Assembly: GCA_040218735.1 (NCBI GenBank)
Contig: JAVJQW010000061.1
Span: forward strand, 256,001-320,000
Source of the DNA: Deltaproteobacteria bacterium
GTDB lineage: Bacteria; Myxococcota; Kuafuiibacteriia; Kuafuiibacteriales; Kuafuiibacteriaceae
DNA length: 64,000 bases
Direction of reading: 5' to 3'
Below the pieces are notes generated by a model. That model did no database searches, was not told the DNA's origin, and saw nothing but the letters and a program-made list of their open reading frames with translations. Both the position numbers and the translations under genes were made by a program. This document shows, piece after piece, positions 56,017-64,000 of the stretch; position 1 is the stretch's first letter, and each line of letters starts with the position of its first letter.

Positions 56017-57648
56017 TCAGCGTCCGAAGTAGCGGTCGATGTCCTGGACCATCTTCGGGACCTTGCGCTTGCAGATCTTCACGACCGAGGTCGCCGCCGC
56101 AGCGCGCACGCCACCGCGCGAGCCCTTGTCGCTGTCGGTGATGGTCCGGAGGATCTTCTTCGTCTTCCCGTTGATCAGCTTCAGCGTGAGCGTCGTCTTC
56201 ACGACCTCGGCGCCGCGGATCTGCCCGCGCTTCTCGGCGCGGACCTGGCCCTTGATGATGACGTCGAAGTCACCGGCGATCTCGATCTCGTCCTCGTCCT
56301 CGTCGACGTTGGCGTTGATCTGATAGCCGCGGTTCGTCAGCGCCTCCTCGAGGCAGCCCCGCAGGTCCTCCGCCGCCGCGCCCGCGAGGGCGAGCCCGAA
56401 GCTCAGGTTGCCCGCCGCCTCCTCGAGGAGCGCGGTGAGGTCCGCCATTTTGTACGGCGACGGGATGCCACGGCCGTCGGTGCGCACGACGCGGAGGTCG
56501 GAGTTCATCGTCTCGCGGTGCACGAACGCGATGACCGCCTTCTTGAGCGCCTTGAGCCGCTGCAACTTGTCTTGCGACGCCTTCGCGGCGTTCAGGTTCG
56601 CGCCGACCTCGGCGTCCTTCGCCTGGATCTGCTCGCGGAGCGCCGTCGAAGCCTTCGCGCGGTCGATCACCGCCAGCGTGTAGAAGGTGCCCTTCCCGTC
56701 CGCCCAGCGGTCCGCGATCTCGGACATCGAGACCTGCTTGTCGGTCGACACCAGGGACATCTGCGAGACACTCGACGCCTCGATCCACGCCTCCCCGGTC
56801 TTCGAGGAGATGACACTCGCCGCGCTGTCGAAGCTCTTCACCACCGCCTGCACGTGCGACTCGAAGATACGGCCGAGCTCGGCGCGCGCGTCGTTGTCCG
56901 CGGCGCGCTGGCTGGTCCCGCTGCCGAGGCCACACAGGTATGCGTTGCGATCGCACTGCCCCTTCGTCCAACCGGGCTGCGGGCCGCCGACCTTCACGGT
57001 CGGTCCCGGCTCCGCCGCGGGCGGCGCGACCGGGGGCGGCGGCGGCGGCGTGTCGTCACCACCGGCGACCGCTTCGGGCGGCTCGGCCGGCGCCGGCGGG
57101 CGCGGCTTCATCTCACCCTCGAGATCGTCGAGGACCTTGCCGCCGTTTTTGTCGACCCAGTCCTTCATCGACGTGCCCATCTCGGCCTTCGCGGCCGCGA
57201 TCGTCTTCGCCTTGTCGAAGTCGAGCTGCACGAGCACGAACAGCGTCTGTGCGTTCGGGTCGACCCACTGATTGGTCACCTCGGTGCCCGTCATGAGGTT
57301 CGCCGAGAACGTCTTCACGGCCTGCTCGACGTGCTGCTCCTCCGACGAGGCGTCCCCGGCCGAAGTCGACGCGGAGTAGTCCTTCATCAGCGACGCCGAG
57401 TAGGTCTCCAGGACCTTCGAGATCTCCGCGCGCCCGCGGTTCGCCGCGGTGTCGCGCGCGAGCGCCGGGTTCTTCACGCCCTTGACCGCGCCCACGCCGT
57501 AGATGACGCGGCTCTCGACGACGTTGCCCCGGTTCACCCAATCGGGTGCGCCCGCGGGTGCCGCGGGGTGATCGACCTTCGCCTGCGATCCGCCGCAAGC
57601 GGCGAGCGCCATGGCCGTCATCGTCATCGTCCAACTGAAGTGCTTCAC
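56017..57648 (-). CDS. Lipoprotein with two LPP20-like domains
   Basis: ALAACGG; PDWV, AANRGRAEI, QPGWT, ADNDARAEL; start codon uncertain. Confidence 0.75.
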   Translation of the reverse strand: MKHFSWTMTMTAMALAACGGSQAKVDHPAAPAGAPDWVNRGNVVESRVIYGVGAVKGVKNPALARDTAANRGRAEISKVLETYSASLMKDYSASTSAGDASSEEQHVEQAVKTFSANLMTGTEVTNQWVDPNAQTLFVLVQLDFDKAKTIAAAKAEMGTSMKDWVDKNGGKVLDDLEGEMKPRPPAPAEPPEAVAGGDDTPPPPPPVAPPAAEPGPTVKVGGPQPGWTKGQCDRNAYLCGLGSGTSQRAADNDARAELGRIFESHVQAVVKSFDSAASVISSKTGEAWIEASSVSQMSLVSTDKQVSMSEIADRWADGKGTFYTLAVIDRAKASTALREQIQAKDAEVGANLNAAKASQDKLQRLKALKKAVIAFVHRETMNSDLRVVRTDGRGIPSPYKMADLTALLEEAAGNLSFGLALAGAAAEDLRGCLEEALTNRGYQINANVDEDEDEIEIAGDFDVIIKGQVRAEKRGQIRGAEVVKTTLTLKLINGKTKKILRTITDSDKGSRGGVRAAAATSVVKICKRKVPKMVQDIDRYFGR

Positions 57649-57723
57649 GAGTGCCACCTTTACGTAATCCAGGACGCCACTGTCGGCGGCGTCCTTCAAG
57701 CTCGTCCTACCTTGTGCGCGCGC

Positions 57724-59085
57724 TCATTGGAGCGTGCGCAAGCTGATGATCTTCCGCTCGCCCGCCGCGACCTGCACCGGGATGGTCCGTGCGCCGCCGC
57801 CGACGAAGTCGATCTGCACCGAGTGCTGCCCGGCCGGGACCCACATCCGCGTCACGCCGATCGCCGCGGGGAGCGTGGTCCACGCGCGAAGGTCGGCGTG
57901 CTCCGACGCCGCCGACGCGACGTTGCCGATCAGACCGATGAGCGCACCGGCGACTTTACGACCCGTCGACGAGTCCTTGCCGCCCGACACGGCCTTCGAC
58001 GTGCCCTTCGTCGCCACGTACTTCACGATCGCACGCGCGATCGCCCGCGCCTTGATCGCGGGGAGCCGGTGCTCGAAGTTGCGCAACGCGATCGTCGTGA
58101 TCGGCTCCGCCATCACCGTCGTCGACGACGCCCCTGCCGCCGTCACCTTCGCCTTCGTGATCCGGAACGGCCGCGCCTCGAACTTCGGGATCGCGATCCG
58201 CATCACGTAGCCGTCCGGCATCCGACCGTCGATGAACAGGTCCTTCTTCGACGGCGCCTCGCCGGCACCGTGGAACACGATGAGCTCCGACATCCCGCTG
58301 TTGAGCTTTTCGTAGGTGTCCCCCGCGACTTGGAGGCGGCCCTTGAGCTCGTCGGCGTCGGCGGTCATCCCGGCGAGGTACGCGGAGCGCACCACGTCCT
58401 CCTTCAGGTACTGCGGCGCCGGCGTGCCGAACTTGCCGGCGTACTCCTTGTCGTACGCCCGCAGCGCGGCCTTGTAGGCGAGGTGCGCGTCGTTGTGGCT
58501 GCCTTCCATCTCGTAGAACAGCCCCACGAGCCACAGGATGAAGGCGTCCTGCTTGTACAACAGCCCGACGGCCTTGCCGTCGTCGCCCGCCTCCTTCTCG
58601 TAGTGGACCTGCATCTTCTTGAGGAACTCGTCGGCGCGGCGGGCCTCGACGAGCGCGTCGTCGATGCGCCCCTGCTCCACCGCGTTGAGCGCCGTGAAGA
58701 AGTACAGGAGGATCTTCTCGAACTCCTCGCCGCCGTAGTCCTGGACCGTCTCGCTGACGATGAACTTCGTCGCCTCCGAGGAGATCGACGTCGTCCACAG
58801 CTTCTGCATCTCGGCTTCTGCCGCGACGAAGTTCTTGTTCGATTTCTGATAGTCGCCCGCGTAGTGGTACAGCGTCCCGAGGTTGAGCCAGTACATGACT
58901 CGATCCTCTTCCTTGTAGGCCTTGTCCTTGGACGCCTCGAGGGCCGAGGCGGCCGCGCCCCACTCGCCCCGCACCATCTGCGGGCGCATCTGCGTGTACT
59001 GCGTGCGCAGGCCCTGTTGGCTTCGACAAGCCACGGAGCCCGACGCCATCAGGGCGACGACGGAAGCGAGAACGAAGCTACGCAC
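57724..59085 (-). CDS. COG3014-like TPR lipoprotein
   Basis: SVAC lipobox; YGGEEFEKI, ALVEARR, ADLRAWTTLP. Confidence 0.8.
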   Translation of the reverse strand: MRSFVLASVVALMASGSVACRSQQGLRTQYTQMRPQMVRGEWGAAASALEASKDKAYKEEDRVMYWLNLGTLYHYAGDYQKSNKNFVAAEAEMQKLWTTSISSEATKFIVSETVQDYGGEEFEKILLYFFTALNAVEQGRIDDALVEARRADEFLKKMQVHYEKEAGDDGKAVGLLYKQDAFILWLVGLFYEMEGSHNDAHLAYKAALRAYDKEYAGKFGTPAPQYLKEDVVRSAYLAGMTADADELKGRLQVAGDTYEKLNSGMSELIVFHGAGEAPSKKDLFIDGRMPDGYVMRIAIPKFEARPFRITKAKVTAAGASSTTVMAEPITTIALRNFEHRLPAIKARAIARAIVKYVATKGTSKAVSGGKDSSTGRKVAGALIGLIGNVASAASEHADLRAWTTLPAAIGVTRMWVPAGQHSVQIDFVGGGARTIPVQVAAGERKIISLRTLQ

Positions 59086-59091
59086 GACGCG

Positions 59092-59712
59092 CTACCAGGA
59101 GGTTCCGGCCTGGTCGATCACCTTGCGAATCGTGTGGCTCTTCGTCCAGACCTTCTCGTTGGTCTCGACGTTGAGCAGCTCCATGTTCACGAGGTACGCG
59201 CGCACGCTCTTGCCGCCACCGTCGGTCTCGTTCTGCGAGTTGATGATGGTCTGGAGCGTGTAGTCCGCGCCGACCTCCATCTGGTGGCTCTTCGCGGTCT
59301 CGTCGCTGGCGTGCGTCGCCTGACGCGAGCGCTCGGAGACGTTGATGTCCTCCTGCCCGCCCGCGGCGACGACGCGCACGCGACCGGAGTTGAGGAGCTC
59401 CTCTTCCAGCTTCTTCGAGAAGAACTGCGTGTTGATGTTGCGATCGTCGGTGCGCTTGATGACACCCGCGAGCTTCACCACCGCGCGCTGGCCGCCGTTC
59501 TCCGACTGGTAGTTCGAAGACCACGGGTGCCGGAGGCAGGATTCGATCATCACCTTCGCGACCTGCTGCGCGTCGATGTCGTTCCAGTAGCCGGACAGGT
59601 CGCCGCCCGCCGTGCTGTCGGAAGACGTGCGCGTGACGCGCTTGTTCGGGCCGCAGGCCACCATCGTCGTGGTGAGCGCGGCGCAGATCGCCATCGTACG
59701 GATCGTGTTCAT
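59092..59712 (-). CDS. LpoB-like lipoprotein (penicillin-binding protein activator family)
   Basis: MVACG; DLSGYWNDID, GADYTL, YLVNMELLNVETNEKVW. Confidence 0.85.
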   Translation of the reverse strand: MNTIRTMAICAALTTTMVACGPNKRVTRTSSDSTAGGDLSGYWNDIDAQQVAKVMIESCLRHPWSSNYQSENGGQRAVVKLAGVIKRTDDRNINTQFFSKKLEEELLNSGRVRVVAAGGQEDINVSERSRQATHASDETAKSHQMEVGADYTLQTIINSQNETDGGGKSVRAYLVNMELLNVETNEKVWTKSHTIRKVIDQAGTSW

Positions 59713-59788
59713 GATTCCCCTCGTGCCTCCTTACGCGGGTGGGGTCCTACCACCCGGTCGAGTCCCGCACCACCCCCACGGGGTGGCA

Positions 59789-60973
59789 TCAAATCGAGGT
59801 CTCGAAGCGCAAGCGCCCCCAGACCTCGCCCGTGAATGCGCTGATCACCTTGAAGTCGGCGCGCCGACTCCCCGGGTCCCCGATCAACTTCCCTTCGATC
59901 AGGAAGTCGACGCCCTCACGGTGCAGTTTCTTCAGATTCTTCTTCCGCGCGGAGCCGCGGCCGAGGTCCATCGCCACCGGCGTGATCTCTGAGCCGGTCT
60001 TCGCGATGAACTTGTCCGACTCCTCGAGTCGCTCGAGCATCTTGTCGCGGAACATCGCGACGAGCTCGGCGTTGTCCTCCGCCTCGTCGTCGACGCGACC
60101 GATCGCGATCCGGTAGCGGTACCGCGAGTTCGAGACCCGCGCGCCCAGCCCGAAGCTGCCGCGCTTCTTCTTGTCCTTGTCCCGCTCCTTGATCCACTTC
60201 GCGAGGAAGCCGGATCCGCGCTCGTCGGGCTCCACCACGTAGACCACGCCGACGGGGCGATCGTTCTCGCCGAGCCCCTCTTCGAACACCGCGAGCGGCA
60301 TCCCGGCCTTCGGCTTGCCGTAGCGCAGCTTCACGTGGACCTTCTTGCCGCCGAGCTCCTCGTCGACCTCGCCCTCGTAGCGCCACGCGTCGAGACGCTT
60401 CAGCGCGTCGATGCAGCGGTCGGCGGTGTCGTAGAACGCGCGCGCGTCGATGTTGAGGAACGCGTCGCTCTTCTTCGCCTGCGACCCCGTCCCGCTCACC
60501 AGCCCCGCGATCTTCCGCGCCGCGGTGCGGACCGCGCGACGCATCTTCTTCGCGTTGCGGAAGTCGACGTCCTCGGCCATCTCCAGCTCGAGCGTCTCCA
60601 CGTTCGTGACGTGCACCGTCATCGTGAACGCGTCACCAAGATACGAGATCTGCCCGGACACGACGTAGTCGGCCTTCAGGAAGCGCCCGATCTGCCGGAT
60701 GGTCTTCTGCTCGTAGAGCCCGGTCATCTCGCGCTCGAAGCGCTTCACGGCGTTGGTCGCGCGCTTCTCGTCGACGACGCGCACCTTCCGTGACTTCACG
60801 AGCTCGGTGATGAACGAAGGCTGGGCGTTGCGGCCCATGTTCCCGTACTTCGTCGGCGACGAGAACGGGAGCACCGCGACGACCTTCTTGTCGGCGTAGG
60901 CTTCGGCGGCGGCAGCGCAGAGGAGACCGGTGGCGACGAGCGTGACGCTCGTGAGGCGGGACAGGCGGGACAT
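59789..60973 (-). CDS. CsgG/HfaB/FlgO-like exported protein
   Basis: Signal peptide; VAVLPF, IGRFLKADYVVSGQI, VTNVETLE. Confidence 0.7.
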   Translation of the reverse strand: MSRLSRLTSVTLVATGLLCAAAAEAYADKKVVAVLPFSSPTKYGNMGRNAQPSFITELVKSRKVRVVDEKRATNAVKRFEREMTGLYEQKTIRQIGRFLKADYVVSGQISYLGDAFTMTVHVTNVETLELEMAEDVDFRNAKKMRRAVRTAARKIAGLVSGTGSQAKKSDAFLNIDARAFYDTADRCIDALKRLDAWRYEGEVDEELGGKKVHVKLRYGKPKAGMPLAVFEEGLGENDRPVGVVYVVEPDERGSGFLAKWIKERDKDKKKRGSFGLGARVSNSRYRYRIAIGRVDDEAEDNAELVAMFRDKMLERLEESDKFIAKTGSEITPVAMDLGRGSARKKNLKKLHREGVDFLIEGKLIGDPGSRRADFKVISAFTGEVWGRLRFETSI

Positions 60974-61007
60974 CGTTTCTCTCGATCCAGGTGCGCGAAC
61001 GCGCGAC

Positions 61008-62228
61008 CTACAGGTCGTCGAACATCGACTTCGACTTGTTCTTGGTCTTGTTGCCGGTGCGGCCGCGCTTCGCGTCGATCTTGCGGCTCGCGTCCTTCAT
61101 GATCGCCTCCAGCTTGCGCGTCTCCTTGACGCGCTCCGAGACGAACTTGTCGAGCTTGTACGGGCGCGCCTTCGTGAGCTGCTTCGGCTTCACGGTCGGC
61201 TTCGCGATCGACTTCGACTTGCCGCGGACCTTGATCTTCTGCTCGCCGCGCATCCCGCGCGACACGGTCTGCGTCTCGGACGCGACCGACGAGAACTCCG
61301 GATCCTCGGCGACGACCTCGTCCTGCTCCGGCTCCACCACCGCGACGAGCGTCTTCCCGTCGCCGCCGTCGACCGTGTACGTCTCCCCCGCGGGCTTCGC
61401 GGGCTTGGTGTCCGTCGCCTTCGGCGGCGGCGCCGCGGCGACGACGGCGCCGCCGAACAGCGACTTGTCGACGGCGGCCGGCGCGTACGCGACTGTCATG
61501 TGGCGGTTCCGCTCCAGCCACTTCTTCGCGACCGAGCTCTTGAGGCTGAAGTTGATGTCGGTGATCGCGAGCCCGTCCTGCGCGCGGCGCGAGATGCTCG
61601 TGTTGATGCCGACCATGTGGCCGTACTGGTTGATCAGCGGGCCGCCGGAGTTGCCGCGGTTCACGGACGCTTCCGTCTGGTAGACGTCCTTACCGCCCAC
61701 GCCCTGGAAGTCCGCGACGATCGACGAGATCGATCCCGTCGTCAGCGTCCAAAGGCCGCCCGTCTCGGGGTGTCCGATCGCGACGACCGGATCGCCGATC
61801 TCCACGTCGTCCGGGTTCGCCATCTGGATCGTCATCAGATCCGGCGGCGGGTCGACCATGCGCAGCAACGCGAGGTCGAGCTCGGGATCGATGTCGATGA
61901 TCGTGGCCTGGTAGCGGTGCTTCAGGTCCTTCTTCATCGAGCCCTGGATCTTGTCCGGCTTGATGTAGACGAAGACCTTCTTGAACTTCTGCCCGCTCTT
62001 CGCGACGACGTGCGCGTTGGTGATCACCTGGCCATCGCTGGAGATGATCGAGCCGGTGCCGGCGCTGCCCTGCGCGGATCCGTCCGTCGCGAAGACGAGC
62101 ACGACGGCTTTGCCGTACGTCTTGTAGATCTGCTTGGGCGAAAGCCCATCGGCGAACGCCGACGCGCTGACGAACATCAGCGCACCGGCCATCACCATCG
62201 ATGCGGCGTAGGCTCTCTTCGACATCAT
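61008..62228 (-). CDS. Trypsin-like (S1C/HtrA-type) serine protease without an obvious PDZ domain
   Basis: GTGSII, TNAHVV, DLALL, AIGHP, GNSGGPL; signal peptide. Confidence 0.9.
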   Translation of the reverse strand: MMSKRAYAASMVMAGALMFVSASAFADGLSPKQIYKTYGKAVVLVFATDGSAQGSAGTGSIISSDGQVITNAHVVAKSGQKFKKVFVYIKPDKIQGSMKKDLKHRYQATIIDIDPELDLALLRMVDPPPDLMTIQMANPDDVEIGDPVVAIGHPETGGLWTLTTGSISSIVADFQGVGGKDVYQTEASVNRGNSGGPLINQYGHMVGINTSISRRAQDGLAITDINFSLKSSVAKKWLERNRHMTVAYAPAAVDKSLFGGAVVAAAPPPKATDTKPAKPAGETYTVDGGDGKTLVAVVEPEQDEVVAEDPEFSSVASETQTVSRGMRGEQKIKVRGKSKSIAKPTVKPKQLTKARPYKLDKFVSERVKETRKLEAIMKDASRKIDAKRGRTGNKTKNKSKSMFDDL

Positions 62229-62875
62229 CACTGCTCCATGGTCTCTTCGGGGTTGGCGGCGGGGGGTGGGACGTCTGCCGTCCCGGATTTCTTCTCGGCG
62301 TGTTTCGCTTCCATGGCTTCGAGCTCGTCGAAGGCCTTTTCCGCGCGCTGCCTCACCCCTTCGAGCGCCGCCTCGCGCTCCTCTTCGGGGTAGGCTTCCT
62401 TGATCTTCTCGGCGAGGTCGGCGACGGACTGGTCCTTCTTCATGCAGGCCAGCGCGTAGGTCATGCCGGGGTTCGCGACGTTGCCGTATTTGTCGTACCA
62501 GGAGTGGACGATCTCGGCGCCGTTGAGGACACCTCCGGCCACGGCGCTCTCCACCTCGCTGACGATGTACTGACGAACGCTCCCGCCGCGGTTGCTCTCG
62601 TAGTCGTACATCACGCTGTAGATCGTCACCTGAATCGTGCGCGCAAGCTCGTTGCGCGCGGCCTCGGCCGCGTACACGCGACCGTCCTGCTGATAGTAGG
62701 TCTTGTCGACCGCCCCCGTCGCACAGATGTACCCCGGCTTCGAGGGCGTCTCGTAGACCCAGTCGGGAACCTTCACGTCCGGCGGAGGCGTCTTCACGAC
62801 CTTCACCGGCGGCTTGCTCCCTCCGCACGCGACGAGATGGGCGGCCAAGGCGGCGAGCGCAAAGCGCCGCATCAT
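62228..62875 (-). CDS. LPP20-like lipoprotein
   Basis: HLVACGG; VPDWV, AAEAARNELA, GAEIV; charged helical tail. Confidence 0.72.
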   Translation of the reverse strand: MMRRFALAALAAHLVACGGSKPPVKVVKTPPPDVKVPDWVYETPSKPGYICATGAVDKTYYQQDGRVYAAEAARNELARTIQVTIYSVMYDYESNRGGSVRQYIVSEVESAVAGGVLNGAEIVHSWYDKYGNVANPGMTYALACMKKDQSVADLAEKIKEAYPEEEREAALEGVRQRAEKAFDELEAMEAKHAEKKSGTADVPPPAANPEETMEQ

Positions 62876-62928
62876 GATGATTCGGCTACTCGCCACCTCG
62901 AGCCTCCCTCCTCGGTTCGCGTGACCGA

Positions 62929-63519
62929 CTACATGCCGTCGGCGTGCTTGGCTTCCTCGCGCTCGAGCTCGGCGAAGCTCTTCTCGGCCGCGCGCTTCAC
63001 GCGCTCCTTGACCTTCGCGTTGAGCTCTTTGCTCTGGTCGAGCATGCCCATGAACTTCTCGAAGTCGAGACGCGCCAGGGCGTAGAACGTGCCATCCACG
63101 GGGTGAATCCACTGCTCGACGATCTCTACGCCGTTCAGGGTGCCGGCCGCAAACGTCTTCACGGCCTGCTCGACGTGCTGCTCTTCGGACGACGCGGAGA
63201 AGTCCCCGGCCGTGGTCGAAGCCGCGTAGTCCTTCATGAGGGACGCGGTGTACGTCTCGAATATTTTCTGCATCTCGGCGCGGGCCTGGTTGCCGGCCGC
63301 CGAGCGCAGGAGCGCGGGGTTCTTGATGCCGGACTTGGCACCGACCGCGTAGATCACGCGGGTTTCACCGCCAAAGGCGCCGCTGCCGCGGGTCACCCAC
63401 TCGGGGTGCTCGACGACCGGGCCGTGGGCGGAGAGCTGGCTCTCTTGGTTGGAGCTGCCGGAGCAGGCGACCAAGGTGGGAAGGGCAAGGGTGAGTGCTG
63501 CGAACGCGAACCGATTCAT
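62929..63519 (-). CDS. LPP20-like lipoprotein
   Basis: TLVAC; PEWV, GIKNPAL, ARAEM, SEEQHVEQAVKTF; paralog of the N-terminal domain of the 56017 gene. Confidence 0.78.
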   Translation of the reverse strand: MNRFAFAALTLALPTLVACSGSSNQESQLSAHGPVVEHPEWVTRGSGAFGGETRVIYAVGAKSGIKNPALLRSAAGNQARAEMQKIFETYTASLMKDYAASTTAGDFSASSEEQHVEQAVKTFAAGTLNGVEIVEQWIHPVDGTFYALARLDFEKFMGMLDQSKELNAKVKERVKRAAEKSFAELEREEAKHADGM

Positions 63520-63724
63520 GACTGAATGAACTCCTTGGACATAGGGCCGTGTCTACCACGCCCTGGGCTGTCATCTATCGCATAGCAAGACGCTTCAATC
63601 GACCGGTCGATGCAGACATGACCGCCCTCACGAGCCTGAATGCGGCCCCCGGGACCGGCTCGCCGGACCGCAAACGGCCCTCACCGGTGACCCAAGGCCT
63701 GGTCCCTGGTACGGGTGACTACGT

Positions 63725-64000
63725 ATGGGGCGAAGGCGCAGGATCCGGCTGTGTCAGCTCACGCCCTGTCTGTGGAGCGGGGGCACCGAGGAGCGCCTGG
63801 CCCGGGTCATGGCCGCGATGGACCGCTCGGAGTTCGAGCTGACGTGGATGGGGTTCGGCCCGGTCCGCGAGGCGCTGATCGACCGCGCGGGGCCGTCGAT
63901 CGACGTCGTGCCGTTTTTGCGTAACGTCGGCGGCGGCGTCGAGCCGCAGCTCGTGCTGCAGATCGCGAGGCAGCTGCGAAAGCGTCGCCCGGATGTCATG
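63725..64000 (+). CDS. Glycosyltransferase family 4, N-terminal fragment (runs off the window)
   Basis: Manual translation MGRRRRIRLCQLTPCLWSGGTEERLARV...LRKRRPDVM shows GT4 N-terminal GGxE and RPDV motifs. Confidence 0.75.
   Translation, partial: MGRRRRIRLCQLTPCLWSGGTEERLARVMAAMDRSEFELTWMGFGPVREALIDRAGPSIDVVPFLRNVGGGVEPQLVLQIARQLRKRRPDVM

Noticed and set aside
57300-57400. Nucleotide similarity to ~63150-63245 as a mobile repeat
   Set aside because: Explained by paralogous LPP20 coding domains.

Overview
High-GC chromosomal window, most likely from a Myxococcota bacterium (myxobacterial-type Ser/Thr kinase, MYXO-CTERM-like tails, many Cys-rich lipoproteins, sigma54 signals). It holds about 45 CDS and no rRNA, tRNA, CRISPR array or transposase that I could see. 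Housekeeping genes include trpS, clpS-clpA, an RluA pseudouridine synthase, an aldehyde dehydrogenase and an Smr protein. Main candidate for an undescribed system (43.2-51.4 kb, minus strand): a remodelled quinohemoprotein amine dehydrogenase (QHNDH)-like cluster. It comprises an Ig-repeat/P-domain lipoprotein ending in a QhpA domain-IV-like module, a QhpD-like radical SAM/SPASM enzyme, a QhpB-like beta-propeller lipoprotein and a catalytically degenerate P1B-ATPase homolog, preceded by a pentaheme cytochrome c. The gamma-subunit (qhpC) substrate gene is absent from its canonical position. Other highlights: an ETR1-type ethylene-binding-domain histidine kinase linked to a REC-REC-GGDEF-EAL protein; a ~1 kb imperfect inverted repeat with an internally deleted sibling 38 kb away; a lower-GC tandem P-loop ATPase pair with a palindromic operator-like array; a desaturase/HTTM-DCC operon; and an expanded LPP20-LpoB lipoprotein operon. 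Family assignments come from motifs recognised by eye and sequences recalled from memory. No database searches were run.
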